NCBI GenBank assembly: GCA_963826115.1
Contig: CAWGVS010000006.1
Span: 1-64,000 of the forward strand
Source of the DNA: an uncultured Candidatus Rokubacteria bacterium
GTDB taxonomy: Bacteria > Methylomirabilota > Methylomirabilia > Rokubacteriales > DASRDR01
Length of the DNA stretch: 64,000 nucleotides
Direction: 5' to 3'
Below the pieces are notes generated by a model that saw only the letters and a list, made by a program, of their open reading frames with translations, did no database searches and was not told the origin of the DNA. The stretch's first letter is position 1. Each line of letters opens with the position of its first letter. Made by a program: the position numbers and the translations under genes. Below are positions 10,851 through 20,698 of this stretch, one piece after another.

Positions 10851-12271
10851 TCAGAAGAGGTCCGCCGGATGGGCGCCGAGGATGAACGTCGCCTGGAACA
10901 GGAGCTCGTCGATCGAGCTCGGAGATCCGAGCCCCGACCGCTCGGTGTGCTTGTAGCCGAGGCGGAACCGCAGGAACTCCGTCGTGGAGAAGCTGATGTA
11001 GGGGCCGATCGCCCATTCGTGCCCGGCGCTGTTCGGGTCCTCGGTCCAGTCGTAGCGGAGCCCGAAGACCCATCGCTGCCAGGGTTGGACTTCCGTCCAC
11101 AGGTAGAAGCCGTAGGCGTCCCGCTTCTCGAACTCGGTGTCCGAGGCCGGTTCGGACGCCTCCTGGGCGAGCCGACGCCGCATGAGGGACGCCGTGACGC
11201 CACCGTCCCCGGCCGCCGTCGACGTGACCGGGTTGTTCCGATGCGCGAACAGGATCTCCCCACCCCCTGTCAGCAAAGGGTGCTTCCAGTTCTCGGGCGT
11301 GTACTTGTACTTGAAGTCAACGCCCCCGTAGCTGGCATGCTTGTCGTCGGTGGTCAGCCCCGTCATCGCCGAGGCCCCGAGCTGGATGGCGAGGGTGTCG
11401 GTGAGGTCGAAGAACGTGCGAAGGCGCCCGGTGACGAGCGGGTCTCGCAGGGTTCCTCCCCCGAAGGCGACGTCGTTGTCCCCGTCGAAGACGCCCAGGA
11501 TGGCCTGCAGGTAGAAGGGGGTCGGCGCCACCCACACGAGCTCGCCGCCGTTTTCCGCCAGGCCCTCATCGCCGAAGAAGCGGACCCAGACGTTCGGGTT
11601 GTCGATGAACGGCCGGTCGTGCTGGTGGAACTCGTTGAGGGAGCCCCAGCGCAGGCGCATGCGGCCGCCCTTGGCCTGGAAGCCCCAGGGAAGGGCCATG
11701 AGGGTCAGGTTCGCTTCCGCGAGCTCGGCGCCGAAGGAGCGCGTCCCGTCCTCCTCCAGCTCGTCACCCGCTTCGAACCGGACCTCGGCACGCGCGTAGG
11801 GATCGATCTGGCCGAAGAAGCTGACCTCGATCTCGCGGGGGAAGACGCGGTTCTCCTCGCCGGACAGCGAGCCGGCGCGCGCCTGCTCCACCCGCTTGGA
11901 CGTGAGACTCCCCGCGAAGTCCCCGGTCACGCCCATGTCGAAGAGCAGCTGGCCGGCTCCGCGACGCTCGTACAGCGCGAACGGCTCTCGCGGGCGGGCC
12001 AGGTCCAGCGCGGAGACCGCCGGCGGATGGGGGCTGCGCCGCGACGGCCGGTGCCGGCGGAGCGACGGCGGTGCGGGGCCGGCTGTGCTTCGAGGCGCTG
12101 TAGCCGGTCCGTCATGTCCTGGATCGTCTTCTGATACTGCTCCTGCATCATCTGGAGCTGCTGCTTCAGCTGCTCGAGCTCTCGGCGGAGGACCTCGGCT
12201 TCCTGTGCCCTGGCGGGGCTCTCGGCGAGGCCCAGACCCAGCGCCAGGCACACCACCACCCATGCGCGCAT
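10851..12271 (-). CDS. Outer-membrane beta-barrel (zinc-uptake-associated porin-like), frameshift near 12060
   Basis: Signal peptide and coiled coil (MRAWVVVCLALG...LEQLKQQLQ) in ORF 11927-12301, continued in ORF 10851-12758 ('REIEVSFFGQIDPY', C-terminal 'FILGAHPADLF'). Confidence 0.78.
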
Positions 12272-12342
12272 GACGATGCTCCCTGTCGATGGGAAGGACA
12301 CCGATCCACGTGGCGCCGGAGGCGGCCACGCGGGGTCGGCGG

Positions 12343-12699
12343 CTAGCCAACCACTGCGCGGGAACGGGGAGCGGCGACCTGGGGGTGGAGCCCGAGGATC
12401 GAACGACGCGGGCCTGGGGGGGAGTCGAGGCGAGGATCAGACGCGGGCGGCGGGAGCCAGCGTCCGGCGTGCATGCGAACAAGAACAGGTCCGGATTCGA
12501 GACGTCGCCGCGCGCGCCTCGTGGTGGCCAGGCAGCGGAGCGGACATTCCTCGTTGTAGAGACCCGGGTGCGTCGTGACCATGGACGTGGGCAGATCGCC
12601 CACGACGAGCAGGGCCAGGACGAGGCCGACCAGCCGCCGGCCCACCCAGGCGCGGGCCCGCGCGATCGTGTCCTGCAATCGGCTGCAGTGCTGGCGCAT
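12343..12699 (-). CDS. Leader ORF A (DUF2946-like exported peptide with RAPP motif), apparently frameshifted
   Basis: Hydrophobic N-terminus and 'GLYNEECPLRC'; alternative frames give 'HVHGHDAP' and 'SFDPRAPP' (RAPP codons at 12383-12394). Confidence 0.65.
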   Translation of the reverse strand: MRQHCSRLQDTIARARAWVGRRLVGLVLALLVVGDLPTSMVTTHPGLYNEECPLRCLATTRRARRRLESGPVLVRMHAGRWLPPPASDPRLDSPPGPRRSILGLHPQVAAPRSRAVVG

Positions 12700-12703
12700 G
12701 CCA

Positions 12704-13177
12704 TCACGTCGCGCACCGCCGGCAGAGCCCGAAGAGGCGCACTTCGTGCTCGCGTCACTTCGAACCGTCGCGTGCGGCGGACGTAGCGCGCAAGCCGGTC
12801 AGGGGCGCATCAGCGAGCAGACATCCCTCGAGGTCCTCGATGGCCCCACAGCCCTGGCAGATCAGGTGATGATGATGTCCCGGTGAATTCCTCGGACAGC
12901 TCGTATCGACGGCTGCCTCGGGTGGCCGCCCGAGGCCGTACGGCGCCGTAGGCCGAACGAGGCGCAGCCGCACGAGCAGGTGAACCGTACGGTAGACGGA
13001 CACGACGTGCGCGCGGATGCCACCGAGGCGCGGGTGGATCTCCGCCACGGTGAGGGGCTCACGGCTCTCCGCGAGCACATCGAGCACGGCGCGGCGCGGA
13101 CCCGTCAGGCGCAGGCCGCGCCGGGCAAGGGCGTGAGGCAACGTCTGCCGGATGTCGGCTGAAGCCCCAACACTCAT
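12704..13177 (-). CDS. Fur-family metalloregulator (probably Zur), frameshifted
   Basis: 'GLRLTGPRRAVLDVL', 'SVYRTVHLL', 'HHHHLICQGCG'; shifted frame ends 'EHEVRLFGLCRRCAT*' (TGA at 12704-12706). Confidence 0.85.
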
Positions 13178-13222
13178 ATGCAACTCGGTTGCATCGTAGT
13201 CCATCAACTTCGGGCTTGTCAA
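13178..13222 (-). promoter_or_regulatory. Sigma70 promoter overlapped by a Fur-family operator palindrome
   Basis: Minus strand TTGACA (13217-13222), 18 nt, TACGAT (13193-13198); perfect palindrome ATGCAAC-tcg-GTTGCAT at 13178-13194 abuts the ATG. Confidence 0.8.
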
Positions 13223-13625
13223 GACGCTGGACCAAACCGTCCGAGCCGCGGATCTGACCGGCGTGTTCGGAGGCGCCGGCGACGCGAGTCTCTGGCCACG
13301 AGCGGGCACCTGAGCAACAGCGATCTGACGTCAGCCGAGTCGACTGCCCGGCGGCCAGTCTGGCCCTCAGACCAGGCCCGTTCGGGGTGGAATCGGGAGG
13401 TCGCTTGGCCTTGAGCGACGGTAACGAGGGCTGTGGCGACGTGGACCTACCGCGTGGTTGCCACCCGCGGTTGCCACCAGTATCTGGGCAACCACCGTGG
13501 AAAACCGCAACGGTTGATCGCTGACTGCCGCGCTCCGCCGAATCGTCTCCGCTAGGGCGATCTGGGCCCTGCGCCAGCCGTCCTCTCGCATTTGGCAGCA
13601 GCGTTGTATCGCATGGTCCCGTCGC

Positions 13626-14285
13626 TCACGCTGGCCTGAGACAGCGGCGAGTCGAATCGACGATGACCATCCGCCGCCGGGCGCCACGGCCAGCACCGAC
13701 GCGGTGCTCCGCCGGTGCCACGGAGGCGCCCGGCGGGAGCCCGTAGAGCGACCGGATCGTCGCGATCACGTCCGGCGTGAACTGGCCATTTCCCCCATCG
13801 GCATCCATGAGACCCCCGTCCCGGGTGTGGTTCAGAAACCCGATGGCGTGGCCGATCTCGTGCGTCACCGTCCGCTGACAGAACGGTCCGCGAAAATCCC
13901 GGACCACCTGGATATCCACATCCGTGATCGCCCCCTGGTCGGTGTACCCGACCTCGGCGAGCCCACAGATGTCGGTGCCGAGTCCGTATCGGAACGACAC
14001 TTCCGCCCGGGCGGCGCTCCCGACGAACGTGAACGTGACGGCCCCGCCCGTGGCCTGCGTCCACGCGACAACTTCGTCCGCCCGCGCGATGCCGTTGAGG
14101 AACACGCGCACTGGCAGCGGGGCCCAACGCACGGTCGCCCCGTCGTTGAACTGGGCATTGTGCTCGTAGAGTCCCGCATTGCGGGTCGTTGGACCGGTCG
14201 GGCTGTCCTTCCCCCCGCAGGCGGCGAGGCCGCGCCCCAGCAGGAGCATCCCAACCCCCCGACACAGGGACCGTCGCGTCATCAT
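13626..14285 (-). CDS. Matrixin/metzincin zinc-metalloprotease lipoprotein (paralog 1)
   Basis: Lipobox LAAC; HEIGHAIGFLNH followed by Met-turn 'GGLM'; RBS AGGAGG. Confidence 0.85.
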   Translation of the reverse strand: MMTRRSLCRGVGMLLLGRGLAACGGKDSPTGPTTRNAGLYEHNAQFNDGATVRWAPLPVRVFLNGIARADEVVAWTQATGGAVTFTFVGSAARAEVSFRYGLGTDICGLAEVGYTDQGAITDVDIQVVRDFRGPFCQRTVTHEIGHAIGFLNHTRDGGLMDADGGNGQFTPDVIATIRSLYGLPPGASVAPAEHRVGAGRGARRRMVIVDSTRRCLRPA

Positions 14286-14747
14286 GCCCTGCCCTCCTGC
14301 CAGCCAGCCGCGCCGCGAGCGTCGCTGATCGGCGCACATCGAAGTGAGCACGCCCCGGACGTCCCGATCATCGGGAGAACCCGGCCGGCACGTCGGCGCC
14401 TGATGTCCTCAAAGTCCTGCCGGGGTCGTTACGCCCGCGGCTGAGCGGACCGTCGGCGCGCTCCCTGGACAACTCGCCTCCGTGGCCGTGGTCGGGCGCG
14501 CCCGGCCAACGGTCCCGGACAGCCTCGCGTACGACACCGGTGCACCCGGCCGAAACATCGCTCCCGGCGGCTTCGAGATCGGCCTGATCATCAGCGGATC
14601 CTCCTGCCCACCTTCCACCGGCGCTCAATGTTCACCCGTGACCTCATCGCTCCGAGGGACACGGACGAATCGACCGCCCGCATCGCGGAGCCCACACGTC
14701 GGCGACCCTCACGCGGCCGCGTCAGGCCGGTCGAGGTCGAGGGGCTG

Positions 14748-15083
14748 CTAGCGAAGCGTGGTGCGGGGACCGACTGGGGGACTGCGGGGACGGCCTGCGG
14801 TGGGCGACCAGAGGGCGACGATGGGGAGGCGGAGGAGGCCAGGGGCCAGCGCAGGAGGGTCGGGACACCACAGTGGGGGAAGAACGATCGGCCCGACACC
14901 GGGCGGGATCCGCTCCCCGCTGAGCAGCGGGCACTCCGCATCGAAGAACCCAGCCTCGTCCCCGTCATGCGCATGCGTGGGAACGGCATCGGCCCGAATC
15001 ACCAGGACGACAAGGGCGATCGCGAGAACCGGAGAGCCGCGCGCACCACAGCTGCTCGGGACGCGCCACAACCTGCCTAGCAT
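14748..15083 (-). CDS. Leader ORF B (DUF2946-like; HAH...FDAECPL...PRSPP)
   Basis: Signal-like 'VLAIALVVLVIRADA', then THAHDGDEAGFFDAECPL, Pro-rich region, 'GRPRSPP'. Confidence 0.65.
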   Translation of the reverse strand: MLGRLWRVPSSCGARGSPVLAIALVVLVIRADAVPTHAHDGDEAGFFDAECPLLSGERIPPGVGPIVLPPLWCPDPPALAPGLLRLPIVALWSPTAGRPRSPPVGPRTTLR

Positions 15084-15090
15084 CCCCCCG

Positions 15091-15119
15091 ATTCTAGGCA
15101 ACCGGGTAGCCAAGCTCAA
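15091..15119 (-). promoter_or_regulatory. Sigma70 promoter for leader B (near-leaderless)
   Basis: TTGAGC, 17 nt, TAGAAT; ATG 7 nt downstream. Confidence 0.6.
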
Positions 15120-15354
15120 GGAATTCCCCGGATAGGCCGCGACCGCCCCATCGACGTTGCGCCGGGCCAGGGGGGGACTTGGGCTCTATGGCCGAGTCTG
15201 GACCGATAGGTCATGCGTGTCCTTGGTCGAGCCCGCGGCCCTTCGGCGGCAAGACCGTGTTGACAGCCAAGGCGACCATCGTCGATGCTCGCCGTGAGCC
15301 GAGGCACGCAGGCGCCCTGCCCATCCTGGCCTCCGGCTTCTTCTGGAGGGGGCC

Positions 15355-16182
15355 ATGAATGCCGAGCGCAGCGCGGCCATCGACTGGCCAGCCTGGTTGG
15401 CCCGTTGGGACGCTCAACAGACAGGCTATCTTCCGGATCGCGAGGCGCGATTCTCGGCGATGTTCGATGCGCTCGAGGTCCTGCTCGGCTCGACGTTCTC
15501 AGCGCTCGATGTCGCGTGCGGCCCCGGATCCCTCAGTCGCCGGCTCCTCGCCAGGTTCCCCACCGCACGCGTGACGGCCGTGGACCTGGACCCGGTGCTC
15601 TTGGCGATGGGCAAGGCTTGCCTGGGCACCATGGACGGGCGCCTCACCTGGATCGAGGCTGATCTGAATGAGGAGACCTGGCCCGAAGCGCTCCCGGAGA
15701 GGCCCGTTGATGCCGCGTTGAGCACGACGGCCATTCACTGGCTGCCGCCTGGCCGGATCGTGACACTCTACCGCGTGCTCGCCAGCGTGATTCGACCGGG
15801 TGGGGTTCTCTTGAACGGGGACAACATGCGCTTCCCGCCCCAGGCCCCGTCCTTCCGGAAGCTCGCGCAGACGATCGCCGACCAGCGGCTGGCCGTTCAC
15901 CGGGCCCGACCCAGCGCCCAGGATTGGGAAACGTACTGGACGGCGCTTCGGGCCGAGCCGGCGCTCGCGGCGCTGTTTGCAGAGAGGGATCGCCGTTTCG
16001 ATTTCCGCCCGGCCGATCGAGAGGCCGCCGTCGGATCCACAACCCCGCGACGCAAGAACCTCGAGGCCGTCGTCCCCACGACGCTCGACCTCCACCGCGC
16101 CGCCCTCATCGACGCCGGATTCCAGGAGGTCGACGTGCTCTGGCAAAGCGTGGACAACCGCGTCCTCATGGCGGTGCGGTGA
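15355..16182 (+). CDS. Class I SAM-dependent methyltransferase
   Basis: 'ALDVACGPGSL', 'AVDLDPVLL', 'RPGGVLLNGD'. Confidence 0.88.
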   Translation: MNAERSAAIDWPAWLARWDAQQTGYLPDREARFSAMFDALEVLLGSTFSALDVACGPGSLSRRLLARFPTARVTAVDLDPVLLAMGKACLGTMDGRLTWIEADLNEETWPEALPERPVDAALSTTAIHWLPPGRIVTLYRVLASVIRPGGVLLNGDNMRFPPQAPSFRKLAQTIADQRLAVHRARPSAQDWETYWTALRAEPALAALFAERDRRFDFRPADREAAVGSTTPRRKNLEAVVPTTLDLHRAALIDAGFQEVDVLWQSVDNRVLMAVR

Positions 16183-16255
16183 GAACCTGGCCCTCTCCCG
16201 GGGATCTTCTTCGTGCGTACGATGGCGAAAGAACCGGCCGCACACGCAGGGGTCC

Positions 16256-17122
16256 ATGCCTGAGCCGATCGTCCTCGTGACCTGCGCGGCCTGGCCCGAC
16301 CTCTCGGTGAGCGACCAGTGTCTGGCGGAGGCGCTCGAGACACGGGGCCGACGCGTCGAGGTCGCCCCGTGGAACGGTCCGTTCCAGCCCTTCGCGCAAG
16401 CCGCGGCCATCGTCCTCCGTGCGACGTGGGATTATCACACCGCGCTCGACCCATATCGCGACTGGCTCGCCTCCCTTGATCCCGCCCGCACGTTCAACCC
16501 ACCTGCGCTGGTCCGGTGGAACCTGGAGAAGACCTATCTCCTGGATCTCGCGGCCCGTGGCGCGATGCTCCCGCGATCCATGGTCGTGCCCGCGGACACC
16601 GCCGCAGTCGCGGACGCCCTCGGGACCATGGGCGTCACGGACGCCGTGCTCAAACCCACGATTAGCGGGATTAGCGCCAGCGGCTTTGGCGTCGAGCGGG
16701 TGACACCCGGCGGTGAAACGACGGCGATCGATCGAATGCGGGCGACCAAAGCGGTCGACCGGCTGCTCGTCCAGGAGTTCGTGCCTGAGATCTCCGGGGG
16801 CGAGCTCGCCGGCGTCTTCTTCGACGGACACTTCTCGCACGGCCTCCGCCGCGTGCCTGCGCCTCACGACTTTCGCGTCAACGCCCAGTACGGCGGCCGC
16901 TTGGAACCGGCCACACTGAGCGACGAGACAGTCCGGCAGATGGCCGGCGTCCTCGCGCTCCTCCCCGTGGTCCCGCTCTATGCGCGCATCGACGGCGTGT
17001 TGCGCACCGGGCGCCTCCTCCTGATGGAGGTCGAGGTCAACGAACCCGGGCTCGGGCTCCACCTGGCGCCGGGCGCGGCGGAGCGCTTCGCGGACGCGTT
17101 GCTCGCGCGGCTGTCCTCGTAG
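16256..17122 (+). CDS. ATP-grasp ligase (glutathione synthetase/RimK-like)
   Basis: 'RATWDYH', 'WNLEKTYL', 'VLKP', 'VQEFVPEI', 'YARIDG', 'MEVEVNEP'. Confidence 0.82.
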   Translation: MPEPIVLVTCAAWPDLSVSDQCLAEALETRGRRVEVAPWNGPFQPFAQAAAIVLRATWDYHTALDPYRDWLASLDPARTFNPPALVRWNLEKTYLLDLAARGAMLPRSMVVPADTAAVADALGTMGVTDAVLKPTISGISASGFGVERVTPGGETTAIDRMRATKAVDRLLVQEFVPEISGGELAGVFFDGHFSHGLRRVPAPHDFRVNAQYGGRLEPATLSDETVRQMAGVLALLPVVPLYARIDGVLRTGRLLLMEVEVNEPGLGLHLAPGAAERFADALLARLSS

Positions 17123-17424
17123 ATCGGCATCCCGTTCTCAGGCGCACCTCGTGCTCCGACCTGCCTCCCCGGGCGGACGTGCGGCCGACGGGCACCGCGC
17201 ACCGTCCCGTATTCAATGGCCCTGTCCTGAATGGCCTTGTCCCGCTTGATGTCGGAGATCTCTTCGTCGAATTGCCCGACGCTCCCGTGTCAGGTCTGAT
17301 CCGATAGGAACTCGAGGAGCGCGCGGCGGGGATGTCCGAGCTTCCGTCGATCACGTACCTCACGCGTTCAGCAGCCGCTGCGGGAGGAAGGGCCGGAGTG
17401 TCGGACGTTCGCGCGCGGGGGCGG

Positions 17425-17433
17425 TGCTATACT
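17425..17433 (+). promoter_or_regulatory. Extended -10 promoter for leader C
   Basis: TG-C-TATACT, 10 nt before ATG 17444. Confidence 0.6.
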
Positions 17434-17443
17434 GCCCCCGGCG

Positions 17444-17734
17444 ATGAGTTGGACGGCGGTGCGGCACGCTCTGGCGGTAAGCCTCTCGCTGATCCTGATG
17501 GCCGCGGAGGCCCCGGTCTTTCATCGGCATGGCGGCGGCGCCCCCGCCATCTACGACGAAGCGTGCCCTCTTGCTCAGCTCGTCGCGAGCGGCAGCGAGG
17601 CCGGCCTGACTCGGCGAGTCGACCTGAGTCAGCCGTTGCCCGCGATCGACCTCGCCCCGTGTCCAGCGTCGCCGACGGACTCGCCGATCGACGTCCTTCC
17701 GTTCGAGCCGCGCGGCCCTCCGTTCGTCGTCTGA
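17444..17734 (+). CDS. Leader ORF C (DUF2946-like; HRH...YDEACPL...FEPRGPP)
   Basis: 96 aa; signal peptide, FHRHGGGAPAIYDEACPLAQL, C-terminal LPFEPRGPPFVV. Confidence 0.8.
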   Translation: MSWTAVRHALAVSLSLILMAAEAPVFHRHGGGAPAIYDEACPLAQLVASGSEAGLTRRVDLSQPLPAIDLAPCPASPTDSPIDVLPFEPRGPPFVV

Positions 17735-17955
17735 CGGCCTCCGTTCTCTAGCGCCGGGCGATTCATCGCCCGGGTGTCCCGCATCCACAGTCGGGGAATT
17801 GGTGTGCGCGGTTCCTGTCGTTCCGCGCGCTCGTAGCCACTGCGGCAGCTGGATCCGTATGGAGCCCCCGCTCCAGAACCGACGAATCGGCCGGAGGGCC
17901 CGTGGCCTTTCCGAGCGAAGAGAGTGGGCGATGGGTCGTAGGTTAGGCCGGTAGC

Positions 17956-19771
17956 GTGGCCAGGACAGGTCCCGTCGGGGTCGAAGCGGTAGCCCGGATC
18001 GAGCGCCTGCTCCTGGGTGGTGCCGAGGGAGCGCTCGGGGTCGCCCTCGTGGCTCTCGGCGGGCAGTACCTGGCTGGCTACGGCGTGCTCGCCCCGGTGG
18101 CCGTCTATCAGCTCCTTCTGGCCAGTGTCCTCTATGTCAGCCATGTCAGGGCGCGCTCCGCGGACCGGCCAGGGGTGCCGCCACCCAGACCTGCCGAGGA
18201 AGAGTCGGCGCGCGGTGAGACGGCCGAGCCTCCGGCTTCTGGCACTCACGCGGAGAGACCGCGCACGCCGAGGGGGCGCCATCCGGAGGCATTCGTTCTC
18301 CCGGTGGCGGGCGCCGCGGGGCTGAGCCTGATCGTCGCATCGCTGTGGGGCAACCTCGCATCGGGACCGGTCGGGCGGATCACGCTGCTGCTGGCCATCA
18401 GCCTCGGAATCCTTGCGTTTCTGCTTCTGGTCGCCGCTCGGGCCGTCGTGGCCTCCGCTCCGTCGCTCCCGGATTCCGTGGCCTTAGGGGAGTGGCTGCG
18501 GGGTGGCCAGTGGGTGGCCGCGCTGACCGGTGCCGGCCTGCTCGCGCGGGGTCTCGGCCTCGCGGCGGTGGACGTCGGCTTTTGGATCGCGGTGGTCTTG
18601 CTCACGGGATGCGCAGCGTGCGCAAGCGAGCTCTGGGTACGTAGCGCGCTTGGCGCGGTTCGTCCAGGGGATCCTCGACCGAGCGTCGTCCCTCCACGGC
18701 TCGTTACGCTTCAGGTTCTGCTCTACGGGGGCGTCTCCCTTCATGGTCTGGCGGAGCTCGCGGAACAGCGTCTCGGTCTCTCGCTGCGATCGACCTGGGC
18801 CATCACCTTCGTGCGCCGAAGCGCGGGCGTGCTCCTGGTGAGCCTCGTCGGGCTCGTCTGGCTTTCGACGATGCTCGTGGTCATCGGTCCGCAGGAAGAG
18901 GGGATCCGGCTGCGGTTCGGACGCCTCGCCTCGCGAATGCCCGTCGGCCCCGGCCTGCACCTCAAATGGCCGTGGCCCATGGAGACCGTCGATCGGTATC
19001 CCGTGACGCGCGTCCAGACCCTGGCGCTCGGCTACGCCGGGCCTCCCAAGGATTCTCTCCTGTGGGCGCGGACGCATGCGGGGGAGGAGTATCAGCTGCT
19101 TCTCGGTGATGGCCGGGAGCTGCTGTCGGTCGACGCGACGGTCAGCTATCGCATCCGTGACGTCGTCGCCTTCGCCTTCGGGTCGCAGAACACCCGGGAC
19201 ACCCTCGAAGCGCTGGCGTACCGGCTCCTCATGCGGGAGACCGTCGCCAGCGATCTGGACCGTGTGCTCACGGCCGACCGGACCGAGTTCGGGCGCCGGT
19301 TCACGGGCGCGCTCCAGCGGGCGTGCGACGAGCAGGGGCTTGGCTCTGGATGTGCTCCACGTGGGCTTCATCAGTCTCCACCCCCCGGTCGGGATCGCCA
19401 CCGCCTACGAGGACGTCGTGAGCGCGGAGATCGAGCGCGAGACGCGGGCCGCACGGGCACGCACCTACCAGGCGGCCACCGTACCGGCGGCCCAAACCGA
19501 GGCCACGCGTCGTGTCCGGGAAGCCGAGGCCGAGGGTGCCCGGCGCCTCGCCGACGCCAAGGGTGCGGCGGTCCGATTTCTGGCCACGCTCGGCGCCTTC
19601 CGGACCGGTCCCGAGCTCTTTCGGTTTCGCCGCCGGCTGGAGGCTCTGGAGGAGGGGTTGGCCGGCCGGAGCCTGTTCATCGTCGACCACCGGCTGCGGA
19701 CGGGCGCCGGCGAGCTCTGGATCGACGTGCGGCCAACGACGCCGAAACCCCGACAGAGGGAGAATCCATGA
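17956..19771 (+). CDS. HflK-like SPFH protein with N-terminal multi-TM extension (frameshift near 19345)
   Basis: 'EEGIRLRFGR..GPGLHLKWPWPMETV'; continuation 'LHPPVGIATAYEDVVSAE' in ORF 19076-19771. Confidence 0.78.
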
Positions 19772-20693
19772 TGGGGCGCTCGCTCGTCCGCTGGATACTC
19801 GCGGCTGGGATCCTGACCACGATCGTCGCGTCCAGCGTGGCCGTGGCCGTCCGCGAGGGGCAGGTGGCCGTCGTGACTCGGTTCGGCGCGCCACGGACGG
19901 TGTGGCCTGACGCGGGCCTCCACGTGAAGTGGCCGTGGCCGATCGAGCAAGTCTGGCGGTTCGACGCGCGCCAGCGACTCTTCAACTCGCGCTTCGTCGA
20001 GACACTCACGCGCGACAAGAAGAACATCGTCCTGCGCACGTTCGTCATCTGGTCGGTCGGGGACCCGCTCACCTTCCTGCAGTCAGTCGGGGATCTCGCG
20101 AGCGCGGAGGATCGACTCGATGGGCTCGTGACCAACGCGAAAAATGCCGTGCTGGGCCGATATGAGCTCGTCGCGCTCGTGTCCACCGATCCCACCCGGC
20201 TCAAGGTCCCCGAGATCGAGGCCGACATTCTCGCCGACGTGCGCGGCACGGCCCGCGAGCGCTTCGGGGTCGACGTGCGCCAGGTCGGGCTCAAGCAGCT
20301 CGGGTTGCCTCCCGAGAACGTCCCGTTCGTCTTCGAGCAGATGCGGACGGAGCGACAGCAGTTCGCGGCTCGGTACCGGGCGGAGGGCGAGCGCGAGGCG
20401 GCAGCCATTCGCTCGCAGGCCGACCTCGATGCCGCCAAGGTGCGCGCCGAGGCGACCCAGAGGGCCGCCGAGATCGGCGCGCGGTCCGAGGCGCAGGCCG
20501 CCCGCATCTACGCCGAAGCCCAGGCCGGGACCCTGAGCTCTATCGGTTCCTGCGCTCGCTGGATTCTCTGAAGACCATCCTCGGACAGCGCGCGACGGTC
20601 ATTCTCCGAACCGATGCCGCCCCCTTCAGTCTGCTGACGACCCCTGGCCTGGCCGAGGGAGTCGGCTCCACGCCCGGTCAGCAGTCGAAGTAG
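19768..20693 (+). CDS. hflC: HflC-like SPFH protein (frameshift near 20530)
   Basis: 'AVVTRFG..AGLHVKWPWP', 'TLTRDKKNI', 'VFEQMRTERQQFAARYRAEG'; shifted tail 'YRFLRSLDSL'. Confidence 0.8.
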
Positions 20694-20698
20694 GCATC

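Noticed and set aside
13381-13415. Possible seventh degenerate tRNA core (ggaatcgggaggtcg)
   Set aside because: Only a short partial match, with no T-arm and wrong spacing to the nearby arm-like words.
14409-14618. 69-aa ORF between leader B and metzincin 1
   Set aside because: No recognisable motif or clear RBS; cannot be supported as a gene.
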